Shown: one piece after another, positions 20,550-32,347 of the stretch | Numbering within the stretch: position 1 is the stretch's first letter | Layout of the letters: each line of letters opens with the position of its first letter | DNA from: Acidobacteriota bacterium | Lineage (GTDB): Bacteria > Acidobacteriota > UBA6911 > RPQK01 > JADFOI01 | Direction: 5' to 3' | Length of the DNA: 64,000 nt | NCBI GenBank assembly: GCA_963663035.1 | Contig: OY760074.1 | Location: 2,304,001-2,368,000 of the forward strand | Translations under genes and position numbers: made by a program | Notes under the pieces: model-generated | The model's input: the letters and a program-made list of their open reading frames with translations, nothing else | The model's database searches: none | What the model was told of the DNA's origin: nothing

Positions 20550-21502
20550 TCGGGCGTCGGTCTTTTCGGTGACACGCACGTAATTGACCAAAATGCTCCC
20601 ATAAATCAGCGAGTTGACAAGAGTCTGGCACCAATTGAGACCTCTACGACGGCAAGGGAACTTCAGAAAGGTAGGAAATATGCCTCGACGGCCACGAATT
20701 ATTCTTCCCGGCTTTCCCCACCACATCACTCATCGAGGAAACCGGAGGGAAGCGATTTTCCAGAAGGAAGAAGACCGAACCTTCTATTTGGGACACCTTC
20801 AGGAATATTCACAGCTGCATAGGATTCGAGTTTACTCTTATTGCCTGATGACGAACCACATTCACCTTATTGTTGTTCCGGAAACGAAACCTGGCCCTTC
20901 TCGGTGTTTGCACGACCTGCACGGTCGTTACGCCGCCTATTTCAACCAGCAATACAGTCTCAATGGTCACCTTTGGCAAGAGCGATTTTATGCCTGTGCA
21001 CTCGACAATGAACATCTTTGGAATGCGATTCGTTATGTAGAACTAAACCCAGTGCGTGCGAGGATAGTGCCAGTTGCCGAAGACTATCCATGGTCCAGTG
21101 CCGCCGCCCACTGCGGATTGAAGTCAGATCCGATTCTCGACAGACAATTCCCTCCTGAAGTCTTGCGCCAAGCTTGGAGTGACTGGCTTGCCAAGGGCCT
21201 TCCTGAGGACAATCTGGAGCACATCCGACAGGCCACCTGGAAAGGAATACCTTGTAGTTCGGATTCGTTTTTGCGTCAGGTCGAAACAATGTTGGGCATT
21301 CCCTTGTTACCAAGAAGACCTGGCCGGCAGCCCGGTAACGATCTGCCTGGGTGAGACAATTCCGTGCCAGACCTCACTCAAGTCCCTCATTTACAGGAAC
21401 AATTTCGGGAATTACGAGCGTGTCACCCATTTCCATTTCAGTACCGATCCCTGGATCGCAACTTCTGGAAAGACTTCTAATTTCTTTCTTTAGTCGGGCG
21501 TC
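20508..21502. mobile_element. RAYT-like element with ~69-bp imperfect IRs, flanked by a duplication of the comM 3' end
   Basis: Direct repeats 20508-20549 / 21439-21480 (40/42); IRs 20568-20636 / 21358-21427. Confidence 0.7.
20680..21354 (+). CDS. Y1 HUH transposase (REP-associated tyrosine transposase-like)
   Basis: HHITHRGN, YCLMTNHIHL (HUH), LWQERF, RYVELNPVRA, YPWSS. Confidence 0.9.
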   Translation: MPRRPRIILPGFPHHITHRGNRREAIFQKEEDRTFYLGHLQEYSQLHRIRVYSYCLMTNHIHLIVVPETKPGPSRCLHDLHGRYAAYFNQQYSLNGHLWQERFYACALDNEHLWNAIRYVELNPVRARIVPVAEDYPWSSAAAHCGLKSDPILDRQFPPEVLRQAWSDWLAKGLPEDNLEHIRQATWKGIPCSSDSFLRQVETMLGIPLLPRRPGRQPGNDLPG

Positions 21503-23973
21503 AAGATCTGGCGGAAGCCAAGGTTCACGATGTCTCGGAAGCGGGGAGTCCCCGGCGGGAGTTTGGAGACATCGAGAAATTCTGTGTCAAACTCGAAATC
21601 GCGGGTCGGAGCTGAGTAAACGGAATAGGGATACTTAAAGATGCCCGTTGCGTACTCGGAATAATACAAGCTCACCAAGGACCCTTTGTAATGGAAGGTT
21701 CTGCTCGTCCAGCGTTCCAGCATACGCAGGAAGTTGTGAGTTCCTCCATCGAGTCCATAGTGCTGGTTACTGGCCCACGATTCCGGGTAGGGCCAGGCGA
21801 TATTTTTTCCCGCAGCAACTGCCACGCGAAAGTAGGAAGTTGCCGCTCGGCGAGCACTTGATCCCTTATAGGTGGGATAACGGAAACTGCGCCAGTCCTC
21901 CCAGTTCTTGGAGAGAAAGGTGGCCGCATCGGCGATGACGGCCGCAGCGGCATGGGGGTCTCCGTATCCGGCACTATCAGCATTGTAGTTGCCCAAGACG
22001 TAGACGGAATTCTCACTGGCCACAGTGAAACCACCGCTACCGTCTGGTTCGGTGGGCAAGTTGCCCAGGGAACCATTGACCAGCTTGAGCCCATGACGAG
22101 GCCCGCTGACGCGATTCTTGCGGCCGATTGTATTGCAGTTGATTCGGATAGTGGGGTCTCCATTGGCTACGCCAAAGGCATCTCCAAGGTGATCGGCGCC
22201 GTAGGTATCCAGCACACCGTTATCGTTCACATCTTCGGGAATCGCGAGGTTACCATCGGGAGCTCCCGATGAGACAGACGGGTTAATCGTGTCTTCAAAC
22301 CCATAGTCGCCGACGATGACCCCACCAGGATTGGGCGACATGCCCCGACGGTCAGAGAAATAAAAGAGATAGCCATTTTGAGAAGCGCTTTCTGTGCTGG
22401 TGCCGGTAGTGCCGGTATCGCCCAGGAGCCACCGCTTCAGGTTGCCCACGTCCAGCTCAACAATATTCATAACACCGCCGATGGCGCAGCTGGTGCTTCC
22501 ACTTCCCAGACTGATATCCCGCACCTCTCCTTCCCGCGTATCATAGAGACCCAGTGGGAGAAGCCTGCTGGGTTCATCCAGGTCGCCGATGACATAATCG
22601 GGTGTTCCATTGCCATCGTTGTCCTTCAGTTGTTGGAACTTCAAAACGGCGTCCGGGTTCTCGCGGGCTATACCAAGATTGAGCCATTCCATCGTGACAT
22701 CCACGTAACTGCCATCGGGTCTGCGAGTCTCGACAAGCAGGTACCCATCGACAAGCGGCCAGGACTGGCCACCTGGCACACCCGGTGGCAAAACAAAGTC
22801 GCTGTCCCACAATTCTTTTCCTTCCGCAAAGGCCGTGTCGGTATCTCCATACATCCCACCAGTGTAGTAGGGATCAACGTTGGCCAGCCGGATCCCTCCG
22901 CCCCCGGGATGCTGGCCTGGATCATCGCTGACGAACACACGAATCTGGGCCAAATTGTAAAGACGCGACCCGCCGATCAAAGAAGTTGGGTCCTCGGCTA
23001 GGGATGGTCGGCGAATCAGCTCAATCGGACGCACCCCGGTCGCAACAAAGGGAAGCTCCATGGGCTTGGCTCCGGTGGCACCGTTGAGAATAAATCCATT
23101 GTAAGCAGTCAAGGAGAGATTCGACCAATCTGGGTTGTCAGGACTGCTCGGCCCGGCCAGCTTACTTCCCTCGTTTTCTTGTAAATCCCGGCAGAGGGGT
23201 GCTCCTCCGTCGCAGCCTCCGGGAGCGGTGGGAATCAAAACGGGCTTATTCCGACCGAGAGAGACAACGTCCAGCCCATTCACCATCTCAGCCCTTATGA
23301 CTTCTCCTACAGTGGTGACTTTGGAGTGGAAAACAAGCCCAGAGGGATTAGAAGAACACAAAAAGAGGTTGCCGTTGCAGTGGACGCGACCGGAAAAGTT
23401 AAACCCCGGGCCTGGATGGTAGGCTAAGTCGGTTCCAGAAAAAACACCAAACTGAAAAACCGGGATCAGCGCCACCTCAATCTCACGCTCCATCTTTACC
23501 TCGGCCCCTCTCGGCCCACGAGCTGTCACCGCTAGGGTCAAGGGAACGATGTAAGCCGTCAGTCCTTCATTGGGCCCGGCACTGATCGATCGAGTTTCAG
23601 TGATGGGTTCTCCATCGACGTTCGGGACCGTGAACCGGTAGGCTGGGTAGGTGATTTCCGAAAGGACGGGCTGATAAGCGGGATCGCTCAACCCCTGGAT
23701 GTCGGCAACCGTAGGAGCCAATAGTGACGTGTACATCGCACTGAGGTCGGACATCATCTTTTCCATGGCCGCCTCAGCGCCGTAGAAAGCCTGAGTATTT
23801 TCCAGATCCGTTGCTACCAGGCGGGTCTCCATGTTGACCAGATACATTGTTCCTACTGAGAACCCGGCCAGCAGCGTAACGATCAGCAGGACTGAGGCCA
23901 GGGCGAATCCTCTCGAGGAATGGGTTAAGGTGCGATGCATAAGCTTCTTCTCCTGTCCTTCTTGTCTCTTCAT
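21490..23973 (-). CDS. large pilus-assembly PilX N-terminal domain protein
   Basis: RGFAL plus hydrophobic prepilin-like helix, AFYGAEAA, GRVHCNGN, DxDxxG calcium-binding-like motifs, LPPGTP near the C-terminus. Confidence 0.75.
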   Translation of the reverse strand: MKRQEGQEKKLMHRTLTHSSRGFALASVLLIVTLLAGFSVGTMYLVNMETRLVATDLENTQAFYGAEAAMEKMMSDLSAMYTSLLAPTVADIQGLSDPAYQPVLSEITYPAYRFTVPNVDGEPITETRSISAGPNEGLTAYIVPLTLAVTARGPRGAEVKMEREIEVALIPVFQFGVFSGTDLAYHPGPGFNFSGRVHCNGNLFLCSSNPSGLVFHSKVTTVGEVIRAEMVNGLDVVSLGRNKPVLIPTAPGGCDGGAPLCRDLQENEGSKLAGPSSPDNPDWSNLSLTAYNGFILNGATGAKPMELPFVATGVRPIELIRRPSLAEDPTSLIGGSRLYNLAQIRVFVSDDPGQHPGGGGIRLANVDPYYTGGMYGDTDTAFAEGKELWDSDFVLPPGVPGGQSWPLVDGYLLVETRRPDGSYVDVTMEWLNLGIARENPDAVLKFQQLKDNDGNGTPDYVIGDLDEPSRLLPLGLYDTREGEVRDISLGSGSTSCAIGGVMNIVELDVGNLKRWLLGDTGTTGTSTESASQNGYLFYFSDRRGMSPNPGGVIVGDYGFEDTINPSVSSGAPDGNLAIPEDVNDNGVLDTYGADHLGDAFGVANGDPTIRINCNTIGRKNRVSGPRHGLKLVNGSLGNLPTEPDGSGGFTVASENSVYVLGNYNADSAGYGDPHAAAAVIADAATFLSKNWEDWRSFRYPTYKGSSARRAATSYFRVAVAAGKNIAWPYPESWASNQHYGLDGGTHNFLRMLERWTSRTFHYKGSLVSLYYSEYATGIFKYPYSVYSAPTRDFEFDTEFLDVSKLPPGTPRFRDIVNLGFRQILTPD

Positions 23974-24073
23974 TCGTAGCGGTCTCTATAGGTTAAGTTG
24001 CGAGGACTGACCTTGCCCCCTAAAACGAGTCCAGTTTGAATGTTAGGATTTCCGGTTTAGGAAGGAGGCAAGG

Positions 24074-24352
24074 ATGGCAGGGAAGCGGTTTAGGGCAGAA
24101 CAGATCATCATGAAGCTGCGTGAGGCAGAGGTGGGTCTGGCCCAAGGACAGAGGGTGGGACAGGTGTCGAAGCAGATGGGGGTGAGCGAGCAGACCTACT
24201 ACCGGTGGCGCAAAGAGTACGGAGGGCTCCGGTTGGACCAGGCCAAGAGGTTGAAGGTGTTGGAGAAGGAGAATACCCGGTTGAAGAAGCTGGTGGCGGA
24301 TCTGTCTTTGGACAAGCAGATCCTGAAGGAAGTGTCCTCGGGAAACTTCTAG
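24074..24352 (+). CDS. IS3 transposase OrfA
   Basis: Identical protein to 2755-3033. Confidence 0.9.
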   Translation: MAGKRFRAEQIIMKLREAEVGLAQGQRVGQVSKQMGVSEQTYYRWRKEYGGLRLDQAKRLKVLEKENTRLKKLVADLSLDKQILKEVSSGNF

Positions 24353-25245
24353 GCCCGGCGAACAGGAGACGAGCGGTGATGTGGGTACGAGAGCGATTAG
24401 GAGCAGAGCGAGTCTCCGAACGTCGGGCCTGCCAAGTGCTGGGACAGGTTCGATCGACCCAGCGAAGGGAAAGGCAAATTCCCGATGATGAGGCCCGATT
24501 GGTGGCCCGGATGGTGGAGTTGGCTACGCAATACGGGCGTTATGGCTACCGGCGGGTCACGGCGATACTTCATGGGGAAGGGTGGAAGGTGAATCCTAAG
24601 CGGGTGGAGAGGCTGTGGAGACAAGAAGGGCTGAAAGTCCCGTCCAGACAGCCGAAACGAAGGAGGCTGTGGCTTAATGACGGTTCCTGTGTTCGGTTAC
24701 GAGCGGCTCGCAAGAACCACGTCTGGAGCTATGATTTCGTGCATGAACGGACCCATGATGGGCGAGCCTTTCGGCTATTGACGATCCTGGATGAGTACAC
24801 CAGAGAGTGCCTCGCCATTGATGTGAAACGGCAGATGAATCACCAAGACGTGTTGGACCGGCTGGCGGAGTTATTCGTTGATCGGGGAGTGCCTGAGTTT
24901 ATCCGGTCCGATAACGGATCGGAGTTTACGGCACAGGCGGTCCGGGACTGGCTGCAGGCTGTTGGGGTAAGGACCTTGTACATCGAGCCGGGCAGCCCCT
25001 GGGAGAATGGGTACATTGAGAGTTTCAACGGGAAACTACGGGATGAGCTGCTGAACATGGAGATCTTCGACACGCTGGGGGAAGCCAAGGTGTTGGTAGA
25101 ACGCTGGCGGAGGGATTACAATCAGATCCGGCCTCACAGCGCCTTGGCCTATCGGCCGCCGGCGCCAGAGGCCAAACTACCTAGGTCGCAGGCACTGGAT
25201 CCAATCCCTTGGAGTGGACTTCAAATGGTCCCGGGTCTAGCATAG
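24205..25245 (+). CDS. IS3 transposase OrfB
   Basis: DDE motifs as in copy 1. Confidence 0.9.
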   Translation: MAQRVRRAPVGPGQEVEGVGEGEYPVEEAGGGSVFGQADPEGSVLGKLLGPANRRRAVMWVRERLGAERVSERRACQVLGQVRSTQRRERQIPDDEARLVARMVELATQYGRYGYRRVTAILHGEGWKVNPKRVERLWRQEGLKVPSRQPKRRRLWLNDGSCVRLRAARKNHVWSYDFVHERTHDGRAFRLLTILDEYTRECLAIDVKRQMNHQDVLDRLAELFVDRGVPEFIRSDNGSEFTAQAVRDWLQAVGVRTLYIEPGSPWENGYIESFNGKLRDELLNMEIFDTLGEAKVLVERWRRDYNQIRPHSALAYRPPAPEAKLPRSQALDPIPWSGLQMVPGLA

Positions 25246-25274
25246 AGGGTGGACTCGTTCGTGGGGGCAGGTCA

Positions 25275-25957
25275 AACTCGTCTCCGCCAAAGCGGAAGAT
25301 CCTGAAGCTCTTCCGGAGTCTTTCCCGAAGGAGAATCGCCACGAGCCGGAGGACTCTGCTCCCATAGATGTGCCCATATCGATCGTTGATCTCCTTCAAG
25401 TGGTCCAGATCGACAAAGAGGATGGAAAAGGGATGGCGGTAGCGTCTGGAGCGCTCTATCTCCTCATCCAGGTACAACTCCAAATAGCGCCGGTTATAAG
25501 CCTGGGTGAGATCATCGAAGACGACCTTCTCTTTGAGCGCCAAGTTCTCGGCCCGGAGACGGGCTCGCTCAACACCGCTTCTCAAGGCAAGGTCAAGGGT
25601 CTCTCGTGAGATGGGCTGAGCAAGGTAGAGGTAGGCTCCCCTTTGAAGTGCTTCGCGGCGGGCCTCGGAACTGCTGTCTTTGGCCAGCACGACAACAGAA
25701 ATCCACGGTTGAGCCTTCAAGATCCGATTCAGGAGTTTGTGTCCCTTCGACCGAGACCTCCTGAGATCGAGGAGCAGAACTTCATAGGACTTCTCCTGCA
25801 CCTCTTCGAAGACCATCTCCCCGCTTGTGGTGGCCTCCACCCGATACCCGGTATCGTCCAGGAGATTGACGATTTTCCGGTGAAAGGCCTGTCCCCCGTC
25901 CACAATCAGGATCCCTCCCTTTACACTTTTAAGGAGAGAAACTGGTTTTCGCTTCAT
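25275..25957 (-). pseudogene. response regulator-diguanylate cyclase truncated by IS3 just after GGDEF
   Basis: REC-like N-terminus, DDLTQAYNRR, DLDHLKEINDRYGH, RFGGDEF, then IS sequence. Confidence 0.88.
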
Positions 25958-26130
25958 GGATGAATCCCCACACACTTCAAACAGCACGCTACCCACCAGC
26001 TAGGAGGCCCAGTTGATGGACCGGGGAGAAGAAGTTGGCCGGGTGGGCTTCGGGCTCAACGTCCAGTAGCTTCGCAACCACTAACCATTTAAGCACAAAA
26101 TAATCGCTAGTACCAAGTTTGTTCGGTGGG

Positions 26131-27090
26131 CTAAGGGAACTCATCTGGGTTGGTGGTAAACAGAGCGTCCACGTCCAGAGTGTAAAGGTAGTATGCCATC
26201 TCCACTCGCAGATTGAGGAATCCCTTTCCAACCGCAGACGATCGAAAAAGATAGGGAGTTACAGTCAGATCCGCGTTGTGAGCCCATTCTACGATGGCGG
26301 GGTTGGCCATGAGAAAGTCCTTCTCCGGACCGATGCCGCTGGCAAACTCCCGAACCCTCTGGAAACCGGCCAGGGAGACCCACTGGCTATTGCGTTCTCC
26401 CAGCAGCATCACCAGGGGTAAGGCGACTTTCAATTCCAGCGCCAGTTTTTGCAGACTCTCAGCACTGAAGGCTTGAATAACGACGGGGGTGCGTGGATCT
26501 GCACCTGGCTGATCCAGGTCATTCCTCTCAAGTTCGGTCAAGACCAGCCTTTCTACATCGAATCCATGCAGACCGTAAACCTCAGGAGTCTTGATTTCGG
26601 GAAACAGACCAGCCTTACCACGGATCGCCTGGATCGCTTCCCGCCAAGTAGGAATAAGTGCACCCGCAAATCTCTTATGGAACCAGGAGCCAGCATCCAA
26701 CTGTTTGATCTCCTCCAGCTTGAAGTCGTAAACGAACCACTGCCTTTCAGTTCCTCCAGCGCGGCTGACTTCGCGGTAACGATCCGGAAAAATCTCTTCA
26801 ACGTTGGTGGTACGCTCCAGAGTCAAATCATGAAGGCAAACCAGAACACCGTCCTTGGTGATCTGTAAATCTTGCTCAACGTAGTCAGCGCCTTGTTCGA
26901 TCGCCAAACGGTAAGCCTCCAGGGTGTGCTCGGGAGCAGATTCGGAGGCTCCCCTGTAAGCGACGACCGTCTTTTTGGTGTACTGGGCAAATGCTTGAGT
27001 GGGCAGGAAGACGAGCACAAGCAGCGCCATCATACTGCTTGTGCTCGTGACCACAGACGAGATCATCCTTGTCAGGTTAAATCTTTCCAT
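26131..27090 (-). CDS. glycerophosphodiester phosphodiesterase family protein
   Basis: [33 protein letters not shown]. Confidence 0.9.
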   Translation of the reverse strand: MERFNLTRMISSVVTSTSSMMALLVLVFLPTQAFAQYTKKTVVAYRGASESAPEHTLEAYRLAIEQGADYVEQDLQITKDGVLVCLHDLTLERTTNVEEIFPDRYREVSRAGGTERQWFVYDFKLEEIKQLDAGSWFHKRFAGALIPTWREAIQAIRGKAGLFPEIKTPEVYGLHGFDVERLVLTELERNDLDQPGADPRTPVVIQAFSAESLQKLALELKVALPLVMLLGERNSQWVSLAGFQRVREFASGIGPEKDFLMANPAIVEWAHNADLTVTPYLFRSSAVGKGFLNLRVEMAYYLYTLDVDALFTTNPDEFP

Positions 27091-27137
27091 ACTCTAACCT
27101 GGACGGATTGAAAGTACCGGATAATTTGAACTGACTT

Positions 27138-27734
27138 TTAGGAGGTAAACCGCTCCTCGGCTGCCTCCCAGTTGATGAGGTTCCACCAGTTATTCACGTA
27201 CTCGGCTCGACGGTTCTGGTACTTGAGATAGTAAGCATGCTCCCAGACATCCAGGCCGAGAATGGGCACTTTACCCTCCATCAGGGGACTGTCCTGATTG
27301 GCTGTTGACACGACTTGCATGTCTTTCAATAACCAGGCCCAACCTGAACCAAATCGTCCGATGGCAGCGGCGGAGAATTTTTCCTGGAGTTGCTCCAAGC
27401 CCCCAAAGGAACTGTTGATTGCTTCACCAAGATTGCCCACTGGCCGACCGCCCTTTTCGGGGGCCATAATCTCCCAGAACAGGGAGTGGTTGGCATGGCC
27501 GCCGCCGCTATTTCTCACAGCTGTACGAACATTCTCCCCAACGGCAGCACAGTTATTGGCTAACAATTCTTCAATACTCTTGCCCTCGAGTTCAGGTGCC
27601 GATTGGACGGCTTTGTTGAGATTGGCCACGTAAGTAGCGTGGTGTTTCCCGTGATGGATCTCCATGGTTGTCTGGTCGATATGGGGTTCCAGAGCCTGGG
27701 AAGGATACGGTAAATCAGGTAGAGAAAATGACAT
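27138..27734 (-). CDS. sodA: Fe/Mn superoxide dismutase
   Basis: [34 protein letters not shown]. Confidence 0.95.
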   Translation of the reverse strand: MSFSLPDLPYPSQALEPHIDQTTMEIHHGKHHATYVANLNKAVQSAPELEGKSIEELLANNCAAVGENVRTAVRNSGGGHANHSLFWEIMAPEKGGRPVGNLGEAINSSFGGLEQLQEKFSAAAIGRFGSGWAWLLKDMQVVSTANQDSPLMEGKVPILGLDVWEHAYYLKYQNRRAEYVNNWWNLINWEAAEERFTS

Positions 27735-27848
27735 CGTGCCTCCTTTGCGCTCCAGACCATATCAAGCTCGAACAACTTCAGCAACTAGATACTGTCGTGC
27801 TGTGCTGGGAAAGGAGGGGAGGTCCCCCATGTTTTCAGTCTTCTTGGG

Positions 27849-28391
27849 CTAGCTCAGAATATCCCGCAGAGCCACTTCATAGGCAGCATAGGTGGGGTCG
27901 TCGAAAAGGACAAACCGGATGACCGCCGGTTTTTGGTTCTCCTGCAGGAAGGAAATCACCGTGCTGAGAGCGGTTCCGGCAGCCAAGTCCACGGGATACC
28001 GATAGGCTCCCGTCGACAGGGAGGGACATGCCATACTCCCACAACCGTTCTCCACGGCCAAGGCAAGACACTTTCGATAGGCGCTGGCCAGACTCTCCTG
28101 TTCGCCGCGACCCCCGCCGCTCCAGACCGATCCTACGGCATGAATGACATACTGGGCTGTCAGCTTGCCAGCAGCCGTGATAACAGCATCACCCGTAGGG
28201 CAACCCTGAGGATAGGTTTGGCGAGTCTGGGCCATGATGCTCGGCCCTCCAACCCGGTGGATAGCCCCATCGACGCCTCCACCGCCAGCAAGTCGGCTGT
28301 TAGCGGCATTGACGATGGCGTCGCTCTGTTGCTTGGTGATGTCACCTGTGACCAGTTCCAAGGTACAGGTTCCGATCTTGAGTTCCATCAC
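27849..28391 (-). CDS. macro domain O-acetyl-ADP-ribose deacetylase (YmdB-like)
   Basis: [28 protein letters not shown]. Confidence 0.93.
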   Translation of the reverse strand: MMELKIGTCTLELVTGDITKQQSDAIVNAANSRLAGGGGVDGAIHRVGGPSIMAQTRQTYPQGCPTGDAVITAAGKLTAQYVIHAVGSVWSGGGRGEQESLASAYRKCLALAVENGCGSMACPSLSTGAYRYPVDLAAGTALSTVISFLQENQKPAVIRFVLFDDPTYAAYEVALRDILS

Positions 28392-30655
28392 CGCTCATCC
28401 AACAAGCGTCCCACCACAGCCACATCGTTGGTGGGAAGTTTGCAGACATAGTCTTCGCAGATGTACGCCGTTGCTTTGCCATCAATTTGCCTCAGGCTGT
28501 CCAGAATTTCCAAAGTGGTGACCAGGCGCTGTTGGGCAGGTCCCCCGTCGGCTAGAACGAGTATCTTATTGGGAAGAAATCGCTGATGAACTTCGCGCAG
28601 AATCGCCTTTGTGTCGAGTGAATCTCTCTGACCAGCAATGAGAATCTGCTTGGGCTTGTCCAAGGAAAAATTTAACGCCACCATCATCTGAGGCATAGCC
28701 TGAGGCGAGGTTTTCAGCCTCTCCTCAAAAGCCTGAATCGAACCAATTGCCATTTCTCTCCACTCCTCTTTCCCAGTCATCTGAGAAAGGCGAAGCAGGT
28801 TCAGGACCGCGATGGAATTGGGAGAAGGCTCAACTCCATCGTAGTCTTCCTTCATGCGGACCAAGATGGACGGATCCATTCCAGTTGTGTTGTAAAAACC
28901 TCCCTTGTCGAGGTCCCAGAAAAGTCGATTCTGGATTTCGGTCAGGTCCATGGCCAAAATCAACCAGCGGCCCTCCAGAGAGGTTTCGTACAGATCCAGT
29001 AATCCCTGAATAAAAAAGGCGTAGTCGTCCAACAAGCCTTCGATGGCCGCTTCCCCTTCTCGATAGCGTCTCCTCAAGCGCCCAGATAGATCGTCGTACA
29101 GTTTCTCGGAGATGAGGGTAGCGGCCCCTTCAGCGGCCCTGAGATACTTCTCCTCTTGCAAGACCTGATAACCCTTGGCCATTGAGGAAATCATGAGACC
29201 GTTCCAGGCTGTGAGCACCTTATCATCCAGTCCAGGACGAGGCCTCTTCGAACGGGCTTCCAGAAGTCTCTGCCGGCCTCGCTTAAAAATGCCTTGGATC
29301 TCATCTGGAGATTTTCCAACTTGCTTCGCCTTCTCTTCCAGAACGACCGAAGCATGCAGCAGATTCTTGTTCTTAAAGTCCCCAAAGGCGTCCCGCTCGA
29401 TGTTGCCGTCCCTCTTGACTCCATAGTAATCGAGGAAAAAAGCCTCACCTTCTTCGAGGAGCTGGACAATCTCCTGGGAGGTCCACACGTAGAACGCACC
29501 TTCGGCGTGTTCCTCGGGATGATCATGCCTGACGGGACTGTCGGCATCTTCGGCTGAGTAGAACCCACCTTCTTCCCCCGTCATGTCACGCAGCACGTAA
29601 TCGAGAGTATCAACCGCCACCTCCCGCAAGAAGGGATCGCCACTGATCTGATAGGCCTCCAAATAAGAGACTGCCAGCTGCGCCTGATCGTAAAGCATCT
29701 TCTCGAAGTGAGGGAGGAACCACTGGGTGTCTGTTGAGTAGCGATGGAATCCCCCGCCGATGTGGTCGTGAATTCCACCTCGAGCCATTTTTCCCAATGT
29801 CAGGGTTGTCATTTCGAGAGCCTTGTTCTGGCCTGTCCGGTCATGGTAGCGAAGCAGGAAATTGAAATTGACCGGCCGCGGGAATTTCGGAGCCGCTCCG
29901 AAGCCTCCCTGAGCGGAATCGTAGTTGGCACTGTACCAGTCGTAAGTGCGGTCAAGAAGTTCCTTCTCCAACTTCAGGCTACCTTCCCCCTGAACATCGC
30001 CAAACTCCTTTAACTGGTCGGTGAATCTCCCAGCCGACGTCAAGATCTCTGCACGATTGTCTTGCCACTCCCCGGCAACTCTCAGAAGGAGGTTCTCGAA
30101 AGTCTTGGGAGGAAAGTAAGTACCACCGAAGAAAGGCTGGAGTTGCGGGGTCACAAACACAGACATGGGCCACCCCCCGCTCCCTGTGGTAGCCTGCACA
30201 AAAGCCATATAGACGCTGTCCACATCCGGCCTCTCCTCTCGATCCACCTTGATGCTGACGAAGTGCTGGTTCATGATGGCAGCAATTTGGGGATTGGAAA
30301 AAGATTCACGCTCCATCACATGACACCAATGACAGGTCGAATATCCGACGGAAAGGAAAATCGGTTTGGACTTCCTTTGGGCCTCCCTGAAAGCTTCCGG
30401 TCCCCAGGGATACCAGTCGACGGGATTTTCCGCATGTTGCAACAGGTAGGGACTCTTCTCGTTAATGAGGCGATTTGTCTGAGGCTCCTGCGCTGGCGCC
30501 GAGCTCTGGGCAACAGGTGCAAGGGGGACAGGCGCAAGGCCGGCAGATTGCTGCGGTACTTCAACCGAGGTGACCAAGCGCCGTCGCATCCCCAGTGCCA
30601 CCACCACAAGAATAACGAGTGTAACAGCCACAATTCCGAGTCGTTTAGAGTTCAT
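28388..30655 (-). CDS. thioredoxin domain-containing protein (YyaL/DUF255 family)
   Basis: [41 protein letters not shown]. Confidence 0.93.
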   Translation of the reverse strand: MNSKRLGIVAVTLVILVVVALGMRRRLVTSVEVPQQSAGLAPVPLAPVAQSSAPAQEPQTNRLINEKSPYLLQHAENPVDWYPWGPEAFREAQRKSKPIFLSVGYSTCHWCHVMERESFSNPQIAAIMNQHFVSIKVDREERPDVDSVYMAFVQATTGSGGWPMSVFVTPQLQPFFGGTYFPPKTFENLLLRVAGEWQDNRAEILTSAGRFTDQLKEFGDVQGEGSLKLEKELLDRTYDWYSANYDSAQGGFGAAPKFPRPVNFNFLLRYHDRTGQNKALEMTTLTLGKMARGGIHDHIGGGFHRYSTDTQWFLPHFEKMLYDQAQLAVSYLEAYQISGDPFLREVAVDTLDYVLRDMTGEEGGFYSAEDADSPVRHDHPEEHAEGAFYVWTSQEIVQLLEEGEAFFLDYYGVKRDGNIERDAFGDFKNKNLLHASVVLEEKAKQVGKSPDEIQGIFKRGRQRLLEARSKRPRPGLDDKVLTAWNGLMISSMAKGYQVLQEEKYLRAAEGAATLISEKLYDDLSGRLRRRYREGEAAIEGLLDDYAFFIQGLLDLYETSLEGRWLILAMDLTEIQNRLFWDLDKGGFYNTTGMDPSILVRMKEDYDGVEPSPNSIAVLNLLRLSQMTGKEEWREMAIGSIQAFEERLKTSPQAMPQMMVALNFSLDKPKQILIAGQRDSLDTKAILREVHQRFLPNKILVLADGGPAQQRLVTTLEILDSLRQIDGKATAYICEDYVCKLPTNDVAVVGRLLDER

Positions 30656-30757
30656 GGTTATTCCCTTACCCTATCTGATAGTTTAGAATATCAATATTCT
30701 CTGAGAGATTCAGGAGTTTCCTGAGGCCTGGCTCGAGTCTTTTGGACGCAAGGGAGC

Positions 30758-32083
30758 ATGATAAGAATGAAATGGATCTTGCTCATGGCAATCTCACTCG
30801 GCGCCTTCTTTCTTCTCGCCAGGACCTCGTCACCCTCACAAAGCGAGTCCATTTCAGCGGCCGAGCTCCAGCTCCTCGAGTATGTCGACTCCCATACTGA
30901 GGAAGCCATCGCATTACTGGAGCGGGTGGTCAATATCAACAGCGGCACCATGAATCCGGAAGGCGTGCGTGAGGTCGGACAAGTCTTTCGGTCTGAACTT
31001 GAGGCTCTGGGATTCAAGACCAACTGGATTCCCATGGATAGTGTCAACCGGGCTGGCCACTTCATGGCAGAACGAATTGGAAACCGCGGCAAGAGTCTTC
31101 TCTTGATCGGACACCTGGATACGGTCTTTGAAAGAGATAGCCCGTTTCAGCGATTTGAGAGGACGGACAACGTCGCCACAGGTCCGGGCGTCGAAGATAT
31201 GAAGGGCGGAATCGTGGTCATACTCTACGCTTTGAAAGCGCTGTATGCAGCTGGAGCACTGGAGGACACCAGTATTACCGTCTTTTTAACCGGAGATGAA
31301 GAGGATACGGGCGACCCGCTCAGCCTTAGCCGGGGTGATCTGCTCGAGGCGGCACGTCGAAGCCAGGTGGCCCTGGGCTTCGAGGGCGGGGTCGGGGGCA
31401 CCGGCAGTGCCACGGTGGCACGCCGCGGCTTTACGGGCTGGGAACTTCATGTGACCGGGAAGCCTGGCCACTCTTCACTGATCTTCAATGAAGAGTTCGG
31501 CAGTGGCGCCATATACGAAGCGGCTCGCATCCTGGAGGCCTTTTACGAGGAGCTGCGGGGAGAAGAGTATCTGACCTTTAGTCCAGGCATCATCCTGGGA
31601 GGTACCACTGCAGAGCATGATGCCGTACAGAGCCGGGGAGCGGCCTTTGGGAAAACGAACGTGATCCCGGAGACGGTGGTTGTTGCAGGAGACCTGCGCT
31701 TTATATCTGAGGAACAGCGCGAGAGTGCCAAGACACGAATGCGCACTATCGTTGCCCAAAACCTTCCCAAAACTTCCGCCACCGTCACCTTCCAGGACTC
31801 CTATCCAGCCATGAGTCCAACACCCGGTAACTACGCTCTTCTGGGAGAGCTGGATCAGGTGAGTCAAGATCTGGGATTCGGTTCAATCAAGGCTGTGGAT
31901 CCCGGCCTACGAGGAGCCGCTGACGTCTCGTTCGCGGCACCCTTCCTGGACGCTCTGGACGGACTCGGTGTGGTGGGATCCGGTGGCCATACCGTGGAGG
32001 AAGCTGTGGATCTTACCTCTCTTCCAATAATGGCTAAGCGCGCCGCAGTGTTTATTTATCGATTGACGCGGGCGGAAGAGTAG
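30758..32083 (+). CDS. secreted M20/M25/M40 metallopeptidase
   Basis: GHLDTV, GVEDMKGG, GDEE, GHS, GGHT. Confidence 0.9.
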   Translation: MIRMKWILLMAISLGAFFLLARTSSPSQSESISAAELQLLEYVDSHTEEAIALLERVVNINSGTMNPEGVREVGQVFRSELEALGFKTNWIPMDSVNRAGHFMAERIGNRGKSLLLIGHLDTVFERDSPFQRFERTDNVATGPGVEDMKGGIVVILYALKALYAAGALEDTSITVFLTGDEEDTGDPLSLSRGDLLEAARRSQVALGFEGGVGGTGSATVARRGFTGWELHVTGKPGHSSLIFNEEFGSGAIYEAARILEAFYEELRGEEYLTFSPGIILGGTTAEHDAVQSRGAAFGKTNVIPETVVVAGDLRFISEEQRESAKTRMRTIVAQNLPKTSATVTFQDSYPAMSPTPGNYALLGELDQVSQDLGFGSIKAVDPGLRGAADVSFAAPFLDALDGLGVVGSGGHTVEEAVDLTSLPIMAKRAAVFIYRLTRAEE

Positions 32084-32084
32084 G

Positions 32085-32206
32085 GCGGGTGTCCAGGAAG
32101 GCCAATCTCTTCGTTCTCCGCGCCCTTCGATCCTCGACGTAGCTTAGGCTACGCCTGCGGTCGAAGGGCTTGTGTGGCCTCGATCTTGACCTCCCTGAAC
32201 ACCCGC
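32085..32206. repeat. MITE-like palindromic element
   Basis: 21-bp terminal IR (18/21) and nested hairpin GCCCTTCGA...TCGAAGGGC. Confidence 0.65.
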
Positions 32207-32347
32207 ACCAGAACCCCTTCCAACTGGCTCAATTTCGGGAAAATGGGAAAAAGTCCGTAAGGAGCCCGCCCATTTCACGGTAATTGGTGACCTCCATCAC
32301 TGTAAGCCCTTAAGGATACCGCCAAAATCACCTTTGGAGGAGTTTAG

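Larger units (their letters stand above)
24008..25274 (+). mobile_element. IS3 family copy 2, 1267 bp
   Basis: Near-identical to copy 1; no direct repeat. Confidence 0.95.
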
